DNA from: Octopus bimaculoides
Taxonomy: Eukaryota
Direction of reading: 5' to 3'
Assembly: GCF_001194135.2 (NCBI RefSeq)
Contig: NC_068990.1
Location: 61,252,065 to 61,316,064, forward strand
Length of the DNA stretch: 64,000 bases
Both the position numbers and the translations under genes were made by a program. Below the pieces are notes generated by a model. It did not search any database, was not told where the DNA came from, and saw nothing but the letters and a program-made list of their open reading frames with translations. Below, one piece after another: positions 12,701 to 27,435 of this stretch; within the stretch, counting starts at the first letter, position 1, and every line of letters begins with the position of its first letter.

Positions 12701-15033
12701 AAAAAGTTTTAGTCAAAGAAACTGAGCTCAGGACTTAATTCTTTGTAAGCCTGGTATTTATTCTATTGGTCTTTTGCCAAACCGCTAAGTTACGGAGATG
12801 TAAACACATCAATACTGGTTATCAAGCGATGGTGTAGAGGACAAACAAAGACACAAAAATATACAAATATATGATAGGCTTCTCCCAGTTTCTGTCTACC
12901 AAATCCACTCACAAGGCTTTGGTGCCACGCAGTGGGACTGAACCTAGAACCATATGGTTACAAAACAAGCTTCTTACCACACAGCCATGCCTGCACCTAT
13001 TTATTTATTTGGGAAAGAATTATATTTGTGCCAAGGTGCCACGCAGTGGGATTGAACCCAGAACCATGTGGTTGGGAAGCAAGCTTCTTACCACACAGCC
13101 ATCGCATCCCCCTATCATGTAACAGATATGAATATGGCAGTTACTCACATTTTTCTATGTTTAAGACTCATTGTGTTAAGTTCTTTAGCCAATATGTGAA
13201 CAGTGCCAGGGTTTATGAAGTTAATAACATATCCAAGAGGAGAAGTCATGTCAACAGTCTAAAACACACAACATTCATACTTCTCTTTGATTAACTCTTT
13301 AACCTTTAATTTTTTTCTTACCATATTTCTATAGAAATACTAAGGCACTCTAATGGTTATGATGACGAGGGTTCCAGTTGTTCCAATCAACGGAACAGCT
13401 TGCTTGTGAAATTAACATGCAAGTGGTTGAGCACTTCACAGACACATGTACCTTTAATGTAGTTCTCAGGGAGATTCAGCGTCACAGAGATTGTGACAAG
13501 GCTGGCCCTTTGAAATACAGGTACAACAGAAACAGGAAGAAGGAGTGAGAGAAAGTTGTGGTGATAGAGTTCAGCAGGGTTTGCCACCACTCCTTACTGG
13601 AGCCTCATGGAGCTTTAAGTGTTTTCACTCAATAAACACTCACAATGCCTGGTCTGGGAATTGAAACCGCAACCATGACCTATGACCATGAGTCCGCTGC
13701 TCTAGCCACTGGGCCACTATGCCTCCACATCTACTGAAATACACTGTCTTTGTTTTGGTTAAACTTTTAAAATAAATAATTTATAAAAATAACTGAGCAT
13801 TTTGATGCAAGTTTTTAATTTAAATCACTTTAAGTCATAAATTTTGTATCATAGCACCAAGGTGGTTTTAGGCAGGTTGGTATCAAAAAGGGTTAACTAC
13901 TCATATCCAACCTAAATACAGTCATGGCCAAGAGTTTGGATCATTTCTTAAAAGATTAAATATATTTTTTAAAATTAAATATACGCTCTGACCAAATATA
14001 ACTTTGGGCATTTAATATATAAATTCTAATTTTCAGACCTATGTTCCAGACTTTTGGCCATGACTGTATTCTACTGTTTTTTTTGTGCAAGCTGGCCAGA
14101 TCCAGCCTCTCTCACCTACACTATGATGTCATTTTAAAAATTGACAATCACATCTTTGAAATCTCAAAACTACATGATAATAGATTATTTTTAAAAAAAT
14201 GCAAATAAATAAAGCATTACTCTTGACAGAGTAATCTGAATGCTAAAGGGTTAACTACTTAGATAATGAAGTACAAAAAATAGCTGAGATAAAATGGTAT
14301 ATGCTGAGTAAAGAATAAAATAGATTTGTTATTTCATGATAAAAAAGAAAACAGATTGTAAGATACTGAACAAAGGTAGTGCATAGAATAACAAGCACCA
14401 AGTTTTCTATGTTTTTTAAAGGCAAAATATTTCAAATTATTACACTGTCTTTAAGAGCAAATCAAACTGCCATTGTGATTAAGTATCTTCAAGGATATAG
14501 AAACACTGACCACTGGAGGAACAGTTTATAGAATATAATAAAGGAAATATCGGTGAGACAGAATGCTCACTAAGACATGGTTTGAACAATAACTTTTTTT
14601 AAGTTAACAGCTGGGGAGCATTAGAAATCAGACAGCTCAATATGATTACAAGTTCTTCAGAAAATAGTGGCTCAGATGCAAAAAATATTAAGTGCTATGG
14701 CAAATGATACTTAAGCAATCAGAGATTAGTACGTTATTTTTCAAGGACAGAGCAGCACTATTATATATATATATATNNNNNNNNNNNNNNNNNNNNNNNN
14801 NNNNNNNNNNNNNNNNNNNNNNNNNNNNNNNNNNNNNNNNNNNNNNNNNNNNNNNNNNNNNNNNNNNNNNNNNNNNNNNNNNNNNNNNNNNNNNNNNNNN
14901 NNNNNNNNNNNNNNNNNATGCATATAAATATAGTTTACATAAAGCATTGTCTAATATAGATAAAAGTTTTACGAACGTGAATGTACGAATCATTAAGTTA
15001 TAGTGTTTCATATAACTTGCATTGTTTTGGTTT

Positions 15034-15073
<40 letters not shown>

Positions 15074-17213
15074 GGGAAGGGATGTCTAATTTTTACAGAG
15101 AATTGTAAATAAAATATTCACAACACAGTAACTGTGTTTTTTGAGTAACATATAATTCATAAGTATTGCATCAAAAGCATGTGAACAATCAATCCCATGT
15201 TCTTTTGTCTTGTGAGGAAGAAGAAAACTAGTAAAAGCAGATTCTACTTCCAGACCTGAATGGATTCAAATATAAGGGCTAGCAAAATACTGATGGAAAG
15301 TCCACGGTCATAGGAAGTGAAATGGCTCTAAGGTGTTGGGTGCCAGCTTATAAGTATTGGTAGTTTTATAGACTATTTGACAAAGAGCATACATCAACTT
15401 TAACCATATTAATATGAAGGTATCATTATATGACATTGCTTTAAAATGATGCTATTCAATAGTTCGAACTGTACTACAGTTGTACTCTAAGTAAGGAACA
15501 TTATTTGCTAACATTTGCGTCACTAACAGCTAGTTTTACTTTTACAAGGCTGAATGGTCAACAGTGGGGAGAGCATCTAACTGTAAAAAAAGTTTTGCTT
15601 TTTGTAAATATCCAAATTTGCAAATAAAAACCAATAAACCCATACATGCATGGAACAAAAATAAAATTCTATGTAAGGGTGTATGTGCGTGGGAGAGAGA
15701 GAGAGAAAGAGGCAGGGGAAAGAAAAGAGAGAATAATCCTGTACATTTCAACACCAATCCAACTTCTATACACAAAAGAAACTAAACAGATATTAGATTG
15801 AGAATATATAGTTAAAAAAAAAGAAAACAAAACAAGATTAAATAGGCTGTTCAAAAAAAAAAAAAACTACCCAAAGCAATCTGTAAGAGGAGGAGGATAC
15901 AATAGTGATATATAGAGATAAATTGTGTATTATGATTTATTTCTACAGAAATGTTCTGAAATATTTCACTTCTAAATATCAGTCTTAAATATCACAATCT
16001 ACAGTCTAAAATATCACAGATACATAAATTGTATCAGACAAGATAAAAATCAAAATATCTGGGTAAGGATTGTGTACCATTCTTTGGTTTAGCAATATTA
16101 TATCAACTAGTTTTGTATTTGGATAAATCTTTAAAAATATGACAATCATAGCCACCAATTTAACTCTGCGATACCATAATTGCTGCCAGAAAAGGTGGAG
16201 AAGTGCAAGAGACGATGAATTTGTTAATGACATTTTATAAGTACTGAAGGCTATTATCAAAACACAACTGATGTAAATGTAATATCGTTTTTTTAACAAT
16301 TTAGGTATCTTTTTATTCAACAACACTTTCGCTATAAAGAAAAAAAAAAAAAAAAAGAAGAAGAGAAAGAAAATTAAAGTTGTGTAAATGTTAAAATTCT
16401 TGCAAAGTAACATGACTATTATATATTTCCTATGGCACATTTCATAATGTGCAACGAAAATTAATGTTGTCATAACAAATACAGATGATCTCAGGAAATA
16501 TTCTAAGAAGTGGTTTAGAGTGTACAGATTAGTAATACTAAACACAATATCAGTACTTCAGCAAGGGAGCTTCTATGCATTGCTCAAACAATTAGATATA
16601 GCAGCTACATCTTGTTTAAATCACATCCTAACCACTGAAAGGGCCACCATATTGTTCAACTACACTGGACAATGTAGTCCTAGATATCTTTTATTTGTTT
16701 CAGTCATTAGACTGCAGCCATGCTGGGGCACTGCCTTGAAGAATTTTTAGCCAAATGTATCGACCCCAGTATTTTTTTTTTTTAAGCATTGGTACTTAAT
16801 TTATTGGTTTCTTTTGCTGAAGTGCTAAGTTATGAGGACATAAATACACCAACACTGGTTGCCAAACAGTGGTGGTGGGGAACAAACAGACACATAAAGA
16901 GATACACATACACACACACACATGATGGGCTTCTTTCAGTTACTGTCTACTGAATCCACCGATAAGCCTTCGGTTGACCTGCAGCTATAGAAGATACTTG
17001 CCCAAGGTGTCACACAGTGGGACATGAAAATTTTTATTAAAAAAAACCCCAAAAAGCTAGGTGGTCTTGGTTAAAATTCCCTTGATCATTCATCTCTTCA
17101 ATCAAAGCTGCCCTGAAGATAAATAACAATTATAATGTCATAAGAAAATTACTCTCTATCTTTGTCTCTCTCTCTTTTAATGACCATGACAAAACAAGCA
17201 ACATATGTATCTA

Positions 17214-17255
<42 letters not shown>

Positions 17256-19321
17256 ACATGTTTTGAGCATGAGATGCAACTGAACATCAAGTGGGCTGCA
17301 CTACTAAAAAACATTCAAGGTAATTTTTCATTAAGCATGTCATTCAGAAAGTTCGCAGTCTGCCCATAACAGCACTAGATTATTCTTTTTATTAATAACT
17401 AGTTGTCTTTGGAGTTCTTCACTCGTTTCAGCACTGATCTTCATCTCACCTAACCAATTAGCACTCAGATTATTGTCAAATATAATAATACTTATTTATT
17501 CACAATGTTTTGAATTAAGTATACTTTTCCTCATGGCTTTGAGATTTTGATGATGTGATTGAATATTTTTAGAATTACATTGCAGGGTAGATATAAGAGA
17601 CCCGATCTTGACAATTTGAGCATAAAACAAGTAGAATATTTGGGCTGGATATGGCTGGCTTAAATGCTAAAGGGCTAAGATAATAGAAGATCGTACTCCC
17701 CAGAAGGAGTACGAAAGATGAGAGACAGTACTTGAACCTGAATAGCTTGACTGTATTACATTATGTAATGTAACAACGTATGTACAAGAGTGAATCATTA
17801 TCTGTCTGGTGGGCTGGATATGATAAAGTTATTTCAATGAATTTGAACAGAGCTTTAGCAAAGAAGTAATTAATCAAACCGAACTGAATGAGATTGCTCA
17901 ACAGCAACACAAACTCAACATAATTCGTATGTTTTGAAAATATTCAAACTATAGATATATTATTTTTAAACAATTAACACTGTCTGTACTACTATTAAAT
18001 GGTTTTCATCATTATAATAGAAATAGTCTCTATTGGGCAAGCTGTCAAAACAAGTCTAACAAGTTTCAAACAAGCGCAGCCATAAGAGGATGGCTAGACT
18101 TGTTTGAACCAATCCTACAAGGAGAAAAACTGATAAAAATAATTTTAAAAGATAATAATCATTTTATCAATGATTTTTATTAGTAAGTTAGAGAAAATAA
18201 TGATATAGATTATAGAGATGATTTTAACATCTATTGTCAATGCATGCATAAAATAAACAGTACTCGCTTGGAAATTGGTAGGATACAATATGTTGTGATG
18301 GGGAAGTGAAATTAAGCAACAAAATGACAAAAAGCAACAACAGTAAATGAAGTAGAACCTGTATTGACTGTCAGACATTTAGAAAACTTCAAAACAAATG
18401 GATTATGTTTGTGTAGCAGTAATCTATATGATACATCTGGCAGAAATATTGTGTTTCATGGACAATAGAAAGTATGGAACCCATTACTGCTGAAACAAAG
18501 CAAGATGAAAATTATGCAAGACGATGAGCAATGGAAGCTGAGATAGTAGGACTTTGAAAAGGATCAAAGAGATTGTTCAGGAGTGGGGGGGGGGNNNNNN
18601 NNNNGCTACAAGGAAAGCTAGTAGAAATTGAGAGTACATATCAAACATTTTGGACATCAAAAGAGAATCTGAAATGAGATACAGCTAAGTAGAGTGAAAG
18701 CCATTGGTTTTACCCAGTTAATGTCAGCATTAGAAACACAACTGATTAAATGCTGATCTCACTTTCATAATATGGTCTTCTTGCCAGAGTCTACATTAAA
18801 ACAAAAAAAAAAAAAACCCCCCAAAAAACAAACAAACCAACAAAACAAAACAAACTAATATTTACTTTTTCCAACTGGAATCTAAAGTAAATTTTAAACA
18901 ATAAATAACTGGAAAATATGTGTAATAATGAAACTGACACAGCAAGTAAGTTCAAGACATGGATTCGCAGTTCGCAGAATCACTGTTCTAACACCTGGTA
19001 CATTTAGAGACCAGATTTGCATTTAAACAAGAAAAGGAGTCTCCATATGCCATAATTATGTCATCGGCCAGTTAATTTGACAAACAGAGTTCAGTTATGA
19101 ACAAAACAGTCTGAAACTGTAAATTAAAGGATTCAATCACCTCCATAGATAAAATATTTCAAAGATGGACATCAAAAATGGAAGTTGTAATGGAAGATGC
19201 ATTTTGTAAAGCAGGAATTGCTGAATACTGATTTTTATTATCTTTTAACTTATACTTGTTTCAGTCATTAGATTGCGGCCATGCTGGGGCACTGCCTTGA
19301 AGAATTTTGAGTCAATCCCAG

Positions 19322-19383
<62 letters not shown>

Positions 19384-19391
19384 GTGTGTGT

Positions 19392-19425
<34 letters not shown>

Positions 19426-20168
19426 TTGTAAAGCTTGGTACTTATTCTATCAGTCTCTTTTGCTGAACTGTTAAGTTATGGGGACATAAACACACCAACT
19501 CCAGTTGTCAAGCATGTGAAGGGAGAGGAGTCAAACAGACATACACATGCATATATTCAATGGGCTTCTTTTAGTTTCCATCAACCAAATCCACTTACAA
19601 GGCTTTGGTTAGCACAAGGCAATAGTAGAAGACACTTGCCCAAGGTGCCATGCAGTGAGACTGAACCCTGAACCATGTGGTTGGGAAGCAAACTTCTTAC
19701 CACACAGCCAGTCCTGTGCTTTGTTTTTTAAAACTGGATGAATTACAACTACCAACATCTTTGACTCCGTTTTAATAACACATATATACAGGAATGTGTA
19801 AATCATTGTTAATTCTAAAATTTATAGAAGGTTTGACTTTTTACATTAACACTGGACATGTGACACCTAGCATGTCTAACGGCTTTCAAACCAGATTTCG
19901 ATTGAGGGAGCAGATGTATAAGCATTTTCATTTTCTAGAGACAAAGATAATACTAACTTGTTAAACATGAATTAATTTCATTGTAACACAGAACCGATTT
20001 CCAACACTTACAACACATTCTTTACCACAATCTATTACAGTAAAAACCAAAAAGAAAAGAAATAATCTTATATAACTACAAACAACTCAAATTATTTTCC
20101 TGATAAATTTTATATCTCCACAAAGGAAATATATCTATGTGTGTGTGTATATATATGTATGTATATGT

Positions 20169-20231
<63 letters not shown>

Positions 20232-23200
20232 NNNNNNNNNNTATATCTATGTGTGTGTGTATATATATGTATGTATGCATGTACGTATGTGTATGTAATT
20301 ATAGATAAAAGCACGATTTGCAGAAATAGTCCCAGTTTACATTACTTAGATGTCACAGTGATTTAATTTTTTTTCCTACTGAGCATATTCTGCTTTTAGA
20401 AGAATGTTACCAATGTTCGGTAATCAAAGTGACAGCTCACAAATAAAAATAGAAAACTGAACATTAATCACCAAACTAAAGATGCAAGAAATTGTTACAG
20501 AAATGAAGCATCTCGGTTTTATATATCAATTATATAAAATTTACTAGTCAAATCAAGTTATGAACCATAGTGTTTGAAATAGAAAAGAGAGACATATGAA
20601 TATTTTCACATGATGCAAAAAACAAGGAAAATAATTTACAACTTTTAATCTAGTAAACAACAAAACCAAGAGTAAAAATAACATTAAGAAAAGCTCATTT
20701 GTTGGAGACTGGATTTCTTTCAGGCGACAAAATAGCTATTTCTAAGCAGTCCCTTTAATAGTGAATGAAATAACAATGGATAAAACCATTTTTAATAATA
20801 ACAGAAAAATCATGGAAGATAGTAAAGTGAAAGAATTTGGTAGAAACGTTAATCATCTATGTGCCTGGAACCAAATGAAGATAACCCAATAAGAGGAGTG
20901 ACAACAACATTAAAACCAATGGCTAGGAAAAGGACAAATGTTGATAGATGAAAGTTAATTATTATATGGTGAAGCAATTAACAATTAAGCTTTAGTTAGT
21001 CCTTCCTAGTCTTCAGGAAGCAAATTTCATTTCAGTTATGTTAGTTGTTGATTACTTACAAACAAAATAAGTTCAGCCGAAACTAGTGGCAGTCAAACTA
21101 GAAGACAGGTGATAAAATGTGCAATAAAAGCTGTGTATTGAACTAAAAATATACATATATTCTCAACTGGTCAATGACATGACAGACAGAATGTAATTGA
21201 CCACCTGTGAAATGAGACAGCTTTCACTGACATGCAAGGTATAAAAAGTTTTTAAAATGAACAAATAAAGAAGAAAATCTAGCCTTCAGTAATGATAGAA
21301 TTCAGCAAAAACAGATTTTTAATATCTGTTGATTCAAAGACTTCTAAAAACTAAAGTTGGAAGATTTTTATATAGGAAGGTGCCACACCATGATGTTGTC
21401 ATGTAAAAAGCATCTCTGTTGGTGCTATGTAAAGAGCACCTGTGCTGGTGCCATGTATAAAAAAAACACCCAGTACACTCTGTGAAGTGGCTGGCATTAG
21501 GGATTGGTATCCAGCCATAGAAAGCAAACCAAAACAGACAAATGGCTGCAGTCTAATGGCTGAAACTAGTAAAAAAATAACAGATAAAAGATATATTTAT
21601 ATGAACTCTACAGGGTGGTTGGTGATAGGAAGGGTATCCAGCCATAAAAACCATGCCAAAACAGACAATTGGAGACTGGTGCAGCTCTCTGGCTTGCAAG
21701 TGCCTGTCAAATCATCCAACCCATGCCAGCATGGAAAACAGATGTTAAATGATTCTTTTATTTTCTTATCTGTTTCAGTCATTTGACTGCAGCCATGCTG
21801 GAGCACTGCCTTTAGACAAACAAATCAACCCCAGGACTTATTCTTTGTAAGCCAAGTACTTATTCTATTAGTCTCTTTTGCCAAACCACTAAGTTATGGA
21901 GACGTAAACACCAACATCGGTTGTCAAATGATGGGGGGGGGGGGCAAACTCAATCACACAAACATATATATATATGTATGTATATATATATATATATAGG
22001 AAGGGCATCCAGCTGTAGAAACTTTGCCAGATCAGATTGGAGCCTGGTGCAGCCTTCTGGCTTGCCAGTCCTCAGTCAAACCGTCCAACCCATGCCAGCA
22101 TGGAAAGCGGACGTTAGGCGATGGCAATGATGATGGGCTTCTTTCAGTTTTCATCTTCCAAATCCACTCACAAGGCTTTGGTTAGCTCAAGGCTATAGCA
22201 AAAGACACTTGCCCAAGGTGCCACAAAGTAGGACTGAACCCAGGACCATGTGGTTTGGTACGCAAGCTACTTACCACACAGTCACCTCTCTCACACACAT
22301 TTGCATGTGTGCGTGTGTGTGTGTTTGAATACTGTTTGAAATGGCTCTCTCAGACATATCTCAGCTATCAGAATAGCTACTTTCACTTTCAATGAAGATC
22401 ATTCTGAAGACATCAAAGATAAATAATATGAATGATGCTAGAAAACAAACAGAAGAACCTGATGCCATATACAGGTTAGCAGATGAAAAGATTTCAATCA
22501 TTTTGTTATCAGCCCCACAACAAACTGGATACGCAATCAAAGACATCTTCAACCCCAAAATCAGAATTTGTAAAAGCATTGTCCAACACAAAAACACTGC
22601 TTATATGGAACAGGTTAATTGGTGAGAGAAGTTGAAATATTTTAATACTACTTATTCCCGAAAGAGAAGAAAGAAGAGAGAAATGCAATAATTTACAACT
22701 GAAAGGTTTTTGGAGTACTGACACCAAACAATATTAAAAGCAGTACAAATCCCCGAATGAGGCACCACAACATATCAAAGCTGTCTCCTTCAACTTCCCA
22801 AATTAAAGTTTGCAGCACTGCAGAATCTTTCTGCAAGCTCTACATATGCAACCAATGTTTGGGTACCTGTTCTTGTTGGCACTCCGTCGCTTACGACGTC
22901 GAGGGTTCCAGTTAATCCGATCAATGGAACAGCCTGCTCATGAAATTAACATACAAGTGGCTGAGCACTCCACAGACACGTGTACCCTTAACGCAGTTCT
23001 CGGGGATATTCAGCGTGACACAGTGTGACAAGGCTGACCCTTTGAAATACAGGTACAACAGAAACAGGAAGTAAGAGTGAGAGAAAGTTGTGGTGAAAGA
23101 GTACAGCAGGGTTCGCCACCATCCCCTGCCGGAGCCTCGTGGAGCTTTAGGTGTTTTCGCTCAATAAACACTCACAACGCCCGGTCTGGGAATCGAAACC

Positions 23201-23883
23201 GCGATCCTATGACCGCGAGTCCGCTGCCCTAACCACTGGGCCATTGCGCCTCCACGTTTGGGCACCTAACTGTGTAAGATCATGATAATCAAATGCCTAT
23301 TGCAGAAAGTGCTAATCAGAAAAGCAGCTCAAGATCCATCATGTTATAAACATTTGGCATAATGCATTTGTACCATAACGTTATTAAGAATTCAATGTCA
23401 GATTTAGGATGGACTGCACTGGGATGAAACTTAATTAAGGAGACGACAAAGGGCAAAATGTAAAAAAAAATTTTTTTTTTAAAGAACACCCTGCCTCCCG
23501 CCAGTATACATTGTAAAATGGTTGGTGCTAGGAAGGGCATCCAACTATGGAAACCATGTTAAAGCAAGTATTGCCACATTGTTCATTTCTCCAACTAATC
23601 AGATCCTGCCAAACTGTCCAATCCATGCCGACATGGAAGGTAGACATTACATGATGATGATATACATACATGTGTGTGTAATGTGTAATACTTTTATATT
23701 TTTGACTGTATCAGTTTCATTGAGCCTGTGTCTATATCTCTATATGTATGTGCATTTGTACGCAAGTGTATATATGTATCTAATTTTTCTAAGTGTCTAT
23801 AGATGCTCATCTGTTGATACATCTCTACCTATGTATATGCATCTGTGTATGTACATGATTGTGTGTTTGTATGTTTGCATGTG

Positions 23884-23929
<46 letters not shown>

Positions 23930-26900
23930 TGTGTGTGTGTTCTAATTGCATTTATATGGGTATGATTATCTTAAGATTGGCAAATGCTGCCAATGTTAAG
24001 TGTGACCTATTTGATTTGAATCTTTGCCTTGATTATGAATTAAATTCCAGTGGTCTCTGAATATTCTACTTATCGGTAAAATGTTTCCTATTAAACTAAT
24101 AACACTTTGCAGATTGGGGTCACAAAGTACACATGTCCATGCATATGATGTATATGTATGTGTGTATCAGCATATTTAATGTGTTTCTTAATAAACAAGC
24201 ATTCTTCTAGCTCTGACAAGGCTAAGAGAATACAAAACTGTATTCATTACAGAGTACTAGTTTCTTCTCTTAGCTGAAACAGTTGTAAGCTAATGAGTAT
24301 AATTACATAATGAATATAATATAATTTGTGTTTTTTTTTTTTGGCATCCAATATTTATATGCTATCATTTATAGCTTTGTCCGATTTGAGATCCATTGTT
24401 AAAAACAAGAATTATAAAAGAGTATTGTAGTTCGCTTGAAGCATTGTGTATTGTTTGTAAAGAATAAAAGTTTAGAATGGTACAACAATGCACTATAAAA
24501 CAAGAAATGGACTATAGATAACCAAATTACAACAGGTATATAGTCCATTTCTTGTTTTATAGTGCATTGTTGTACCATTCTAAACTTTTATTCTTTACAA
24601 AGAATCATAAATATATGTATGTGTGTGTATCATCATCATCCTCCTCATTTAACATCCATTTTCCATGTTGGAATGGGCTGGACGGTTTGACTGAAAACTG
24701 GTAAGCTGGGGAGTTGCACCAGGTTGCGGTCTGTTTTGGTATGCTTTCTACAATTACAAAACACCAGTATCAGCCACGACTGCGATCTCACTTGGCTTGA
24801 CTGGTCTTTTCAGTCTCAGTCACTTGTCACTGCCCCTGTGAGGCCCGAAATTCGAAGGGTGCTTTTTATGAGCCAGTTACACGACACTGGCATTGACCAT
24901 GACTATGATTTCACTTGGCTTGATGGGTCTTCTCAAGCATAGCATATTGCCCAACATTCAAAGGGTGCTTCTTACATGCCACCGGCACAATTGCCAGTCA
25001 CACAACATTGACCACCATGGTGATTTCACTTGACTTGATGGGTTTTCTCAAGAATGGCATATTGCCAAGGGGCTCGACCACTTGTCATGCCTGTGAGGCC
25101 CAACATTTGAAGACCATGCTTCACCACCTCATCCCATGTCTTTCTGAGTCTACCTCTTCCACACATGTGTATATATACAGGGTGCTATGGGTAAATTGTC
25201 ACCATTTTATATTCTTAATTTTGTTGACTACACAGTATAGAAGGGTCAGTTGGGTACCATCTGTGAAAAAAAAACAGCACCATGACACAATTCACTCTGC
25301 CAGAAATTTGAAAACTACATGCTGCACTGCTTGGCATTTGTGCCAGAAGCTCCAATATGAACATTTCAGAGTATTTGAGTGTCAATCTGAGGGCAGTGCA
25401 GAGGATCTGGAAAGAGCTGGATGTGTCTAATGGTGATTACATAGGCACAGCAACTTGGAAAACTCACTCTGATTGTTCTAATAAAAGTACTCCTGAATTT
25501 GTTGGTGAAATCCAGGCCATGGTTGACAATGATCCCTCCAGTCATGGCTGTCAGACAATTTCTGCGAGCACATCAACCCTAACATCTGGCCACCTAACTC
25601 CCCAGACTGCAACCCCCATCATTAGTATGCGTGGGGTGCAGTTGATCAAGAGACTTACAAAACTCCTTGTAACACCAAAGAGGAACTGAAGGCAAGGATT
25701 ATGGCAGCATTCAACAACTTAAACACGAAGACTGTCCAGAAGAGTTACAGGAGATTCTGAAGTTGTCTGGAGGCCATGGTTGAAGCCAATATAAATTTAT
25801 TCTTAGTCTTTCAAGATGTTATGCAATTTTGGTAGATATATCTGTTAAAATGAGATGTCAGTATTATTTTCATTTTTGCGTAATTTAAACGATAGTTCAT
25901 TCACTGCACCTTGTATATACATGCACACAAATCTATATACATAGAAAAAAACTGTTAAAGTTTAGTGACAGGAAGAACATCCAGCAATACCCCAATAATG
26001 TATTCCTCTAACTGATGCTGGTGCCTATTTTCCTGTGATAGCATGTAAAAACATAAAAATAAAAGAAATTAAACATATATACAGATATATATACATACAT
26101 TTCTGAGGATCTTTTATCAACTCTGCACTGATTGTAAATTTGACAAGGATTTTGTTCAAGTCAAAGCTAAGAAGTTTGTTTCCCAACCATATGAATCTGG
26201 GTTCAGTCCCATTGTGTGACACCTTGGGCAAGTGTTTTCTACTATAGCCTCAGGAACAATCAAAGCCTGTGGGTGGACTTGGCAGAAGGAAACTGAAAGA
26301 AGCTCATTAGCATGTGTATCTGAGTAATTTTGTCTGTGTTTTTTCCCCACCGCTGTTTGACAACCTGTACTGTCAAGTGGTGGAGGTAGGAGTGGGATAA
26401 CAACTTCCTAAACAAATTAAGCCTGCACTAGTGTCTTACCTAGTAGAGTACTTTAAGCCACACAATAATTAATCTGTCACCCAATTTACAACCACAAACT
26501 AGATCTTGGGTTCTTTAGTAGAGCCTACATGTTGCAAGCATTCAGGCCAGATTTAATGTTCTCTGAATAACATACTTCCTTCCTGGCAGTCTGAAAAGTT
26601 TGCCAGGCATTGAACTTCTTCCTCTCATTTAGCCACAAAAGAAAAGTAAAAGAAAAATGCATGTATTCTGTTACTGGAATGCAACTATATTGGAGAATGA
26701 CATTTGAGGGTTTTAATTGATTACACAAACCTCAGTACATATTACAGTCTACTATTGATTTGATCCATCTCCGTTTACTGAATGGCAAAGCACCTTAAAA
26801 TGAGAAGAGACAACTCAACATACTTGTTTACACTAATCCTTTATACACACACACACACACACACACACATACATAGCAGGGGCGTAGGTGTAGTAGTGTG

Positions 26901-27404
26901 GTAAAATGCCTGCTTCCCAACCACATGGTCTTGAGCTTAGCCCCACCGCATGACATCTTGGGGAGTTATCTTCTATAGCCCCAGGCTAACCAAAATATTT
27001 GTGAGTGGATTTGGTAGATAGAAACTGAAAGAAGCCAGTCATGTGTGTGTGTGTGTGTGTGTGTGTGTATAGACACTTTTTTTGTGGATTAAAGAGGCTT
27101 AATTAATGGTTTTGTGTAAAGAGAAATATTCTAACAATTACCAAACCTGCCACATGGAAACACTGGTATGTCTCCGTCAATGAGAATACACAAAGCTACA
27201 CGAGACTGCACAAGATTTGGGGATAAATAAGTAACATATACATTTATTTATCCCCAAATCCCATACAGTCTCATGCAGCAGGTTTGATAATTGTTAAGAG
27301 AATACTCTACATGAAACCATTGGCAACCTTGTTAACACACAGATAAAGAATATTTATCCACCAATGCAGTGTTGAGTACTCATTCTCACTGTTTGATATT
27401 AGCA

Positions 27405-27435
<31 letters not shown>

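Noticed and set aside
16006-16545. 179-aa minus-strand ORF
   Set aside because: It runs through a poly-T tract and AT-rich DNA. Only 16175-16331 has exon-like boundaries, and its role is unresolved.
17691-17714. 9-bp hairpin TCGTACTCC/GGAGTACGA
   Set aside because: No Helitron CTRR end follows, and it is short enough to be chance.
22340-22800. Coding-looking unique sequence with short ORFs on both strands
   Set aside because: No recognisable motif or splice pair. It is possibly a very old transposase relic.
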